A stretch of 64,000 nt of DNA from a virus. The notes under the pieces are model-generated. The model saw only the letters and a list, made by a program, of their open reading frames with translations, was not told the DNA's origin and ran no database searches. The position numbers and the translations under genes are program-made. The DNA is taken from IMG/VR virus record IMGVR_UViG_3300030107_007800, positions 1 to 64,000 of that record, one strand, 5' to 3'. Positions within the stretch are counted from its first letter, which is position 1; every line of letters starts with the position of its first letter. This document shows, piece by piece, positions 1 to 7,014 of the stretch.

Positions 1-1
1 C

Positions 2-196
2 CATCTCTGGAACCATTTGTTAGGCAACCAAGGAGGTGATTTATTCACAAAGCCCGTCGCCCTATGTTTAAATAAATCTTCTAAAACTTGGTCAGAAAGA
101 CTAGGCATAGAAGAGGACAAAATTGCAACATCATTTGTCTTTTTTAGCAAGACAAATATGTTGAAACAACTTTTGAGAGATAAAAGGATTTGTTAA
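2..196 (+). CDS. 3' end of hypothetical protein (truncated by window start)
   Basis: Open frame HLWNHLLG...RDKRIC ending in TAA at 194-196, directly followed by the next ATG at 197. Confidence 0.6.
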   Translation, partial: HLWNHLLGNQGGDLFTKPVALCLNKSSKTWSERLGIEEDKIATSFVFFSKTNMLKQLLRDKRIC

Positions 197-562
197 ATGA
201 AGCCAAATGATAACTGTTGGTGCCCTATAATTGTAAAGAATAGTAAGTTGGTAAGGGCTTTAAAATATTTTAGACCTAATATCGGTGGGATTACTTTATT
301 CCCCTTCATCTTTCTTAAGGATGAGGGTGATGATAGGATTATAAGGCACGAGTCTATCCACATAGCTCAATACAGAGAACTGCTCGTTGTTGGTTTTTTA
401 TTTCTTTATCTATGGGATTTTCTTCACGCATATATAAAATATAGAAATTATGATGATGCTTATAGATCAATCAGATTTGAGCGAGAGGCTTACTCATTTG
501 ATGCAGATCCTCATTATCTAGAATATAGACAACCATATTCTTGGAGACAATTTAAAGTTTAA
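197..562 (+). CDS. small HExxH zinc metallopeptidase-like phage protein
   Basis: RHESIH motif plus downstream FEREAY (candidate third Zn ligand) and one hydrophobic helix. Confidence 0.6.
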   Translation: MKPNDNCWCPIIVKNSKLVRALKYFRPNIGGITLFPFIFLKDEGDDRIIRHESIHIAQYRELLVVGFLFLYLWDFLHAYIKYRNYDDAYRSIRFEREAYSFDADPHYLEYRQPYSWRQFKV

Positions 563-613
563 AGGCTTAAACTAAAACGAGTTAATATTTATAATGTTAC
601 AGGAGACATTAGC

Positions 614-1048
614 ATGAAAATTACACTAGAAAAATTGAAAGAGATTATTAAAGAAGAACTCACAAAAGAAATGCTAGGCGAATTAGATCTTCCGGATAGA
701 GGATTTGATGCAGAACAATGGGATTATCAACGAATGATGCTTGATTCTAAAATCAAATCAGTTTTGAAAGCGAAAGAGTCACAAGTATTAGACATCGATG
801 ATAAAAAAATAATGCGTATCTTGAGAGGGCTACATAGCGTAATCGGACCAAACCCTAATATAAAAGAAGAGCTTGATGATGATGTTATTATGATTCCGGG
901 CTATGGTAGGCTTAAAAGAGAACAAGTCAAAAGAAAGTTAGCTGAAATGCTAAAAGAAGCAGCAGAAGATGCCCTAGAAGGCAAATATCCCCACTTAGAT
1001 GGTGGAGTTATTCAGGCATTACACGCTGCGTTAAAGGAACAAAAATGA
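614..1048 (+). CDS. hypothetical acidic protein with MKIT..L..II.EE N-terminal motif (putative internal head protein)
   Basis: AGGAG SD upstream; N-terminus MKITLEKLKEIIKEEL shared with the next gene. Confidence 0.7.
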   Translation: MKITLEKLKEIIKEELTKEMLGELDLPDRGFDAEQWDYQRMMLDSKIKSVLKAKESQVLDIDDKKIMRILRGLHSVIGPNPNIKEELDDDVIMIPGYGRLKREQVKRKLAEMLKEAAEDALEGKYPHLDGGVIQALHAALKEQK

Positions 1049-1542
1049 AAATCACAAAGCAAAGATTACAGCAGATTATACAAGAAGAAATTAATTCTCA
1101 CAAAGCCTCGCAACTAAATGAAAGCATTGATGTTGATGTCGTTAAAGACCTTGAAGCCGCAATCGGGAAGGCATACAATCAGATGACTACGCCAACAGAT
1201 GTAGATCAGGTTTATGCTGATACAGGCGAACCAGTTTCCAAAGATCCTAAAGAAATGCATAAAAAAGCTGTAGAGATGATTATGCATATGGTCAACGATG
1301 CAATAGAGGGTGCAATGGAATCGGAAGTGGAATTGAATGAAGATGGGCACACAGATATTCCTTCTGCTGCTAGAAAAATGAAACTCGCCATTGAAGATGC
1401 AGGACAAATTTTGGCTGCTCTAGAAGGCGGTCAGGGGGAGCTGCCATCTTGGTGGATGTCAAAAGTAACCATCGCTGCTGACTATCTTAACAAAGCTCGC
1501 GATTATTTGCTTGTACCATCCCAAGAAATGGAAGAACAATGA
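1045..1542 (+). CDS. hypothetical acidic protein with MKIT..L..II.EE motif (putative internal head protein)
   Basis: MKITKQRLQQIIQEEI; internal LNE sites; ATGA coupling to the previous gene. Confidence 0.7.
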   Translation: MKITKQRLQQIIQEEINSHKASQLNESIDVDVVKDLEAAIGKAYNQMTTPTDVDQVYADTGEPVSKDPKEMHKKAVEMIMHMVNDAIEGAMESEVELNEDGHTDIPSAARKMKLAIEDAGQILAALEGGQGELPSWWMSKVTIAADYLNKARDYLLVPSQEMEEQ

Positions 1543-1716
1543 CAAGACGAGAAATCCCGGTCTGGGCTAGGAGAAAAGTTAAAGCCAAGCATGGGTGCAG
1601 GCGCTTATGTGGACGACTTCCAAAAATCTGATGCTCCTCAATTTAAAGGTAAGAGCAAGAAGAAAAAACAACAAATGGCAATTGCCGCATATTTAGATGA
1701 CAAAGACAAAAGCTAA
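1539..1716 (+). CDS. small phage module (EKLKPSMGAGAYVDDFQKSDAPQFKGKSKKKKQQMAIAAYL) not reachable by a simple start; frameshift or read-through
   Basis: Protein-like open frame 1543-1716 ending in TAA that overlaps the next ATG; ATG at 1539 is in a different frame. Confidence 0.45.
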
Positions 1717-2081
1717 TGAATATTAATTTAGATACACTCGTAGAAATGGTCGAAGATCACCTCGCATTGTCCGAGGAAAATACTCAAAGTATTTATAAAG
1801 TAGTTTCCAAGTTGAGAATAAATAAGGCAAGAGGCGGGGATATGACCCAGCTTCTAAATGAGGTTAGAGGAGTGGAAGGCGTGACTACTGTAAATCATCA
1901 AGCAGGCTACGCTCGAAACACAGAGACTTATGACTTCGTTATGTTTGAAATAAAATTTGAATTAGTTGGCAAAGATCACAATCCTATTAACTATATAAAA
2001 AGAATTCTAATCCCCGGTATAAGAAATATTGAAGGTGTTGATATTCAAGATATTCAGTCCCGTCCAGAAAAACTTTCCTAA
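1716..2081 (+). CDS. hypothetical protein
   Basis: ORF coupled by TAATG; natural composition. Confidence 0.7.
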   Translation: MNINLDTLVEMVEDHLALSEENTQSIYKVVSKLRINKARGGDMTQLLNEVRGVEGVTTVNHQAGYARNTETYDFVMFEIKFELVGKDHNPINYIKRILIPGIRNIEGVDIQDIQSRPEKLS

Positions 2082-2106
2082 ATATTATTTTGCCTATATT
2101 TATAAT

Positions 2107-4290
2107 ATGGTTAGAAATATTATCACAGCAATATTCTTTATAATCTTCTGCATTTTAATGATGATTAACCTTGTTGCTTGCTCCGATATGTTTGAGAATC
2201 CTTATCCTTGGCCTGGTGAATTAGATATTCAAGAACAAAAACCAAAGCCAGATTTAGATAATCCTATTGTAACTAATCAAGAAAATTCTCCCGGTGAAAT
2301 AGAAAAAGATAATATTTTTACTATCTTCCAAATTGAACAACAATATAAAGAAGACTGTTACAAATACGAATATTATTTTTGCCCCCCTTCTTTATATCTT
2401 GAAGAAATATGGCAATTTCAAATGATAACTGATACTTGTAAAGATCCTGAAGAAATTGTATATAAAGGACCTTGTGAGCAATTATTCGAATGCGACCCAG
2501 CAGAGGTAGAGCCAGAAACAGTATTGTGCTCGGTTCCTGCCTCAACTGGTGGTAATATTTATGGATCTCAAGAAAAGTGGTGTGATAAGGGCGTGTGGAA
2601 ATACAGCGATTGCGTAGCTTGCAGTCCTGAAATTTGTGACGGAATCGATAATGACTGTAATGGAGAAATAGACGATCTTCCTGTTCAACAGTGTCAAAAT
2701 GATTGCGGTCCCGGTGATTTGGTTTGTGTTGATGGTGAGGAGATTTGTTTTGGCGATGAGCCACAAGAAGAGATATGTGATTACAAAGATAATGATTGTG
2801 ATGGTTTGGTAGATGAGGGTCAAACAAACGCATGCGATGATTGCGGAGATGTGCCGGAAGAAGTTTGTGATGGTTTTGACAACGACTGTGACGGGGAAAC
2901 GGATGAGGACTTAGAACAACTTTGTGAAACTGCTTGTGAAACTGGTCTTGAGTTTTGTGTTCTCGGATCTTGGGTTGGATGTACGGCAAAAGTGCCGTTT
3001 ATAGAGATATGCAACGGACTCGACGATGACTGCGACGGTAGCGTTGATGAGGATCTTGATTGTCTTTGCACAGTAGATATGGTCGGCGCATTGTTCCCGT
3101 GTACTGAATCTCCACTGATATGTGGTCAAGGTTATAAAACTTGTGAATGCTTTGATGAAAATTGCGAACAAATATTTATGTCAGAATGTTATGCTATGTG
3201 TAGCTATCAAGACCCTGTTCCTACAGCTTGTGACAAATATAAAGGCATTATTGTTGAAGAAATGTGTAATAATCACGACGATAACTGCAATCAATTAATA
3301 GATGAGAACTTATACAAAGGTTGCTACACAGGAGATCCAGAAACCTTATTTGTTGGGATATGTATTCCCGGTGAAATGACTTGCGAAAAAGGCTCGTGGG
3401 GAAATTACTATGAAGATGGAGAAACCTTTATAGGTGATTATTGTATGGGAGAAATTATTCCCAATGAGACAGACGAGTGTAATGGCGAAGATGATAATTG
3501 TGATGGCATAGTTGACGATGGTAAGGAATTAAAGGACACGGATATTCTATTTATTATTGATGCCTCCGGATCTATGCAAGACGAAATTGATGCTGTTCTT
3601 ATAGCAATGAATCAGTTCGCAACCTATTATCAAGATGAAGAAGTTATACAATGGGGACTTGTTATGGGTCCGTTTTCTGAGCCGCTGTTGGATGCGTGGG
3701 GTAACCAACAATTTAGTGAAATAATTTCTAATTTAGCACCTTTTAGCAATTTCATATCGGCACTTTCTGGAGTTGACGCAGATATGTTGGCTGGTGTTGA
3801 ACCAATTTATGACTTGATTTATTTATCTCTCTGGAATCTTGCGCCGACATCTTCTCTTCCGTGGCCAATATCAGATTTAAGCTTTATGAATAGTCCCCTT
3901 CCAACTGGCATCGGTAGCAATATATTAACAAAACCAGATCCGCAAAATTTTAAAATAAATTGGAGAGAAGGCTCGCAGCGTGTTGTTATTGTATTTACGG
4001 ATGAACCCGGACAAAGCTATATTTACATGGCTAACAACATTAATGACCCAACAACAATTTATAATGAAAATATCTCTCAGCTAGATCTGCAACAACTCAT
4101 ATCCAACTGTATGGACCTTAATGTATATACATTTACAAAATTAGCACAAAAAGACACGAATTGGATGGGAGAAAAAGCGGGATTTGAACCCCTAACTATT
4201 TATGGTGGTCAATGGTTTGAGTTAGTAGGCAATCCAGCACAACTCTACGAAAATCTAATGCAAATTATTGACGATAATGCCTGTGAATAG
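2107..4290 (+). CDS. Cys/Asp-repeat (putative metal-binding, MopE-type motif) lipoprotein with C-terminal VWA domain
   Basis: Hydrophobic signal + LVAC lipobox; six E.C[DN]..D[ND][DN]C[DN]...D[DE] repeats; VWA MIDAS DASGS and later VFTDEP; start moved to ATG 2107. Confidence 0.8.
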   Translation: MVRNIITAIFFIIFCILMMINLVACSDMFENPYPWPGELDIQEQKPKPDLDNPIVTNQENSPGEIEKDNIFTIFQIEQQYKEDCYKYEYYFCPPSLYLEEIWQFQMITDTCKDPEEIVYKGPCEQLFECDPAEVEPETVLCSVPASTGGNIYGSQEKWCDKGVWKYSDCVACSPEICDGIDNDCNGEIDDLPVQQCQNDCGPGDLVCVDGEEICFGDEPQEEICDYKDNDCDGLVDEGQTNACDDCGDVPEEVCDGFDNDCDGETDEDLEQLCETACETGLEFCVLGSWVGCTAKVPFIEICNGLDDDCDGSVDEDLDCLCTVDMVGALFPCTESPLICGQGYKTCECFDENCEQIFMSECYAMCSYQDPVPTACDKYKGIIVEEMCNNHDDNCNQLIDENLYKGCYTGDPETLFVGICIPGEMTCEKGSWGNYYEDGETFIGDYCMGEIIPNETDECNGEDDNCDGIVDDGKELKDTDILFIIDASGSMQDEIDAVLIAMNQFATYYQDEEVIQWGLVMGPFSEPLLDAWGNQQFSEIISNLAPFSNFISALSGVDADMLAGVEPIYDLIYLSLWNLAPTSSLPWPISDLSFMNSPLPTGIGSNILTKPDPQNFKINWREGSQRVVIVFTDEPGQSYIYMANNINDPTTIYNENISQLDLQQLISNCMDLNVYTFTKLAQKDTNWMGEKAGFEPLTIYGGQWFELVGNPAQLYENLMQIIDDNACE
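2629..3519 (+). repeat. six dispersed 16-aa Cys/Asp coding repeats
   Basis: EICDGIDNDCNGEIDD, EICDYKDNDCDGLVDE, EVCDGFDNDCDGETDE, EICNGLDDDCDGSVDE, EMCNNHDDNCNQLIDE, DECNGEDDNCDGIVDD. Confidence 0.85.
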
Positions 4291-4292
4291 TC

Positions 4293-4321
4293 TTTACTTT
4301 ATTTTAAATTCGTGGTATAGT
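4293..4321 (+). promoter_or_regulatory. sigma70-type promoter for purA
   Basis: TTTACT-17 nt-TATAGT with TG extension. Confidence 0.55.
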
Positions 4322-4352
4322 TTTTCCACAAACCCTAACAAAGAGAGGCATT

Positions 4353-5348
4353 ATGATCGCAGATGTTGTCCTTGGTCTTCAGCACGGAGACGAAGCCAAG
4401 GGTAAGATTACCCACCAACTATGTTCAAAAGGAAATTATACTCACGTTATTCGATTTAACGGTGGTTGTAACGCTGGGCATACAATTTATCACGAAGGAA
4501 AAAAATTCGTAACCCACCATATTCCAGCAGGTGTTTTTTATGGCATTGAGTCTATCATTGGTCCCGGTTGCGTTATTGATCCAGAGCAGTTTTTCAAAGA
4601 AATTGAAGAATTAGAAGAAGCAGGCATTGCCGCCTCTACATTGGTTTCAATTGCTAAAAACGCACACGTTATCACTAGTTCACATAAAGATGAAGATAGT
4701 AAAGACACCAAAATAGGCACGACAAAGCGCGGAAACGGTCCAGCTTACCGCGATAAATATAACAGGAGTGGGGTTAGAGCGGAGGATACTCCCTGCCTAA
4801 AAGAGTATATTATTGATATTTATGAAGAACTTTATTCAAAAGATGGAGTTGAAATTCTTTTTGAAGGCGCTCAAGGATTTGGACTAGATATCGACCACGG
4901 TGATTACCCCTATGTAACATCATCACACTGCACATCCGCTGCTGCTCTCTTAAGCGGTGTGCCGCCACAGGCTATCCGAAAAGTTTGGGGAGTTGCTAAG
5001 ATTTATGAGACTTATGTGGGTGCAAAGACTTTTCAACCAAAAGGAGATGTCTTTAATGCTATTCAATTAATCGGAGAAGAATTTGGAGCTACAACTGGTC
5101 GAAAAAGACAATGTAATTGGACAAATCTAGACACTTTACTTAAAGCCGTTCGTATGAATGGAGTAACAGATCTTGTCTTTAATAAGATGGATGTTTTGCG
5201 AGAAGTTGGAGAATGGAAGTTCAAAAATAAAGATAAGCTCCTCAACTTTCAAGACGAAAGCCAAGTTAAAAGTTGGATCACTTCTTTTTTCTCCAACTCG
5301 CCCACCGTATCTAATGTCTACTTTTCCGGAAATAAAGATAGGATTTAG
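4353..5348 (+). CDS. purA: adenylosuccinate synthetase (short form)
   Basis: GDEAKGK P-loop, RFNGG.NAGHT, KIGTT.RG.GPAY.DK, EGAQG..LD.DHG.YPYVTSS, GATTGR.R, K.D. Confidence 0.93.
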   Translation: MIADVVLGLQHGDEAKGKITHQLCSKGNYTHVIRFNGGCNAGHTIYHEGKKFVTHHIPAGVFYGIESIIGPGCVIDPEQFFKEIEELEEAGIAASTLVSIAKNAHVITSSHKDEDSKDTKIGTTKRGNGPAYRDKYNRSGVRAEDTPCLKEYIIDIYEELYSKDGVEILFEGAQGFGLDIDHGDYPYVTSSHCTSAAALLSGVPPQAIRKVWGVAKIYETYVGAKTFQPKGDVFNAIQLIGEEFGATTGRKRQCNWTNLDTLLKAVRMNGVTDLVFNKMDVLREVGEWKFKNKDKLLNFQDESQVKSWITSFFSNSPTVSNVYFSGNKDRI

Positions 5349-5359
5349 TTCTTTTCGTC

Positions 5360-5367
5360 ACTATTTA
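5360..5367 (+). promoter_or_regulatory. putative phage late promoter motif ACTATTTA
   Basis: Same or similar motif recurs at 9701, 13947, 14970, 48801, 58526 (+) and 11142, 12959, 18638 (-). Confidence 0.55.
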
Positions 5368-5371
5368 GTAA

Positions 5372-6271
5372 GTGATGGAAAATAAACATAACATTAAAGA
5401 TCTTATCAGAAAGTTCTACCCATATGCAAGAAACAAACTAGGGTTTGAGCATCCTGTTCGTGTTATTATGCGACAAGATGCTGAAAACGCTCAACAATCT
5501 TTGGGCAAAACAGCATATTATGATCCAGAAGAAAAACTCATTGTCTTATATATAACAGACAGGCATCCCAAAGATGTTCTTCGTTCTTTTTCTCATGAGT
5601 TAGTCCATCACGCGCAAAAGTGCCGTGGTGATCTAGATGATTTAACAACACAAGGTCATTATGCGAAAGATGGTAAGGGCAGAGAAATAGAAAAAGAAGC
5701 CTATTTACAAGGTAACTTTAATGTCAGAGATTATGAAGATGAATTAAAATTCGAGGGATTAAATAAAATGAAAATTACAAAAGAAGAATTAAAAAATATT
5801 ATTTTTTCAACATTAAAAGAAATGAAAGAGGGAGACAAGCCTGACTTTCTCGATCTTGATAAAGATGGTGACAAAAAAGAGCCAATGAAAAAGGCTGCTA
5901 AGGATAAAAAAGAAAAGGTTGACGAAGTTGATCAAAAAGATGCAGAGGAAGAACTTGATGCCGCCCAGAAATTAGCTGGTAAATTCAAAAAAGACAAAAA
6001 GAAAAAAGATAAAGAAAAGTCCAAGCCCTCTCAACCATCCAGACCAGCGTATCCCGGTGATGAACATTTCTACGGCGGTTCTGATCTGGGAAGGGATATA
6101 GACGGCGCTGGCAATCCCAGAGAATATCCGAGAAGAGGTTACCAAGAATCAAAACAACAAGAAGAAAAACAAGTGGTAACAGAAACACCAAAAGAAACAA
6201 CACAAAGCGATACAGACTGGTATAATTCGAGCTTGTATAGTAAACTTAAGTCCTTGTGGACTAAAAAATAA
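5372..6271 (+). CDS. HExxH zincin domain fused to an MKIT-motif module and an EF-hand-like DxDxDG segment
   Basis: SHELVHH...EKEAY; internal MKITKEELKNII; DFLDLDKDGDKKE. Confidence 0.7.
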   Translation: MMENKHNIKDLIRKFYPYARNKLGFEHPVRVIMRQDAENAQQSLGKTAYYDPEEKLIVLYITDRHPKDVLRSFSHELVHHAQKCRGDLDDLTTQGHYAKDGKGREIEKEAYLQGNFNVRDYEDELKFEGLNKMKITKEELKNIIFSTLKEMKEGDKPDFLDLDKDGDKKEPMKKAAKDKKEKVDEVDQKDAEEELDAAQKLAGKFKKDKKKKDKEKSKPSQPSRPAYPGDEHFYGGSDLGRDIDGAGNPREYPRRGYQESKQQEEKQVVTETPKETTQSDTDWYNSSLYSKLKSLWTKK

Positions 6272-6284
6272 GGAGAATATAACA

Positions 6285-6500
6285 ATGGCTAGCCCGAGAA
6301 GAAGAAAATTGAAAAAAATTCTTAGATTAAGAAGAAAACAACAAGTTAATATTATTGAGCAACAAAAAGAAGAACTCCCCAAAATGGTTGACGAACCAGT
6401 GGTAAAAGAGGACAAAGTTGCTAAAAAGGAAGAGAAAGTTGTCGAAAAGAAAAAACCAGTAGCTAAAAAAGTAAAAAAAGCTGCTAAAAAGGATGATTAA
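6285..6500 (+). CDS. small Lys/Arg-rich protein
   Basis: AGGAG SD; very basic composition. Confidence 0.65.
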   Translation: MASPRRRKLKKILRLRRKQQVNIIEQQKEELPKMVDEPVVKEDKVAKKEEKVVEKKKPVAKKVKKAAKKDD

Positions 6501-6502
6501 TT

Positions 6503-6718
6503 ATGGCTTTTGCTGGCGAACCTGAACCGAAACCACAAATAGGCGGTGATCACACTATAAACCAGTTTGAAAACGCATCCGCAAACTATGAGAAGACTGA
6601 CACCGACCAAGTACCATTTTCTTTAGGTCTTAGCGGTGTCATACCTTTCAACATTGGGGCAATAGCATCCAAGTCTGCTTACACTGTAACAAAAGGCAAA
6701 ACATTCAATAACGATTAA
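6503..6718 (+). CDS. hypothetical protein
   Basis: ORF tightly packed in the operon. Confidence 0.65.
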   Translation: MAFAGEPEPKPQIGGDHTINQFENASANYEKTDTDQVPFSLGLSGVIPFNIGAIASKSAYTVTKGKTFNND

Positions 6719-6729
6719 AAGGTTTAAAT

Positions 6730-7014
6730 ATGTCTGTAGATTATTATAAAATAACAAGAGATTTTTTGGTCAATGAGGGAAGAGTTCCTGACGCCAATAT
6801 AATGACTTATATACAAGCGTTATCTGAGGTCATAAATAATATGAGACCACGAACTCAATCAGAAAGTCACAGATTACTAATGGCTAAACAGCAACTTAAA
6901 GAAATAAAAAAAATGGCTCGAAGAATGCGAGAACAAATTAGCGTTTTAGAAGAGAGAGTAAATGTCCTTGAGGAAATTAAAGAGGATTTAGATAATGGTA
7001 AAGCTAATAGCTGA
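6730..7014 (+). CDS. coiled-coil hypothetical protein
   Basis: Heptad-rich C-terminus; N-terminal DFLVNE motif. Confidence 0.65.
   Translation: MSVDYYKITRDFLVNEGRVPDANIMTYIQALSEVINNMRPRTQSESHRLLMAKQQLKEIKKMARRMREQISVLEERVNVLEEIKEDLDNGKANS

Noticed and set aside
1540-1600. Selenocysteine insertion at the in-frame TGA
   Set aside because: No redox-motif context and no convincing SECIS hairpin immediately downstream
2321-3171. Several antisense ORFs inside the Cys-repeat gene (and similar short antisense ORFs throughout)
   Set aside because: Shadow frames of strong coding genes, with no SD and unnatural composition
4353-5348. PurZ (2-aminoadenine, Z-genome) gene
   Set aside because: The P-loop keeps the PurA Asp (GDEAKG) rather than the PurZ Ser, GATTGR is PurA-type, and no datZ/mazZ is nearby
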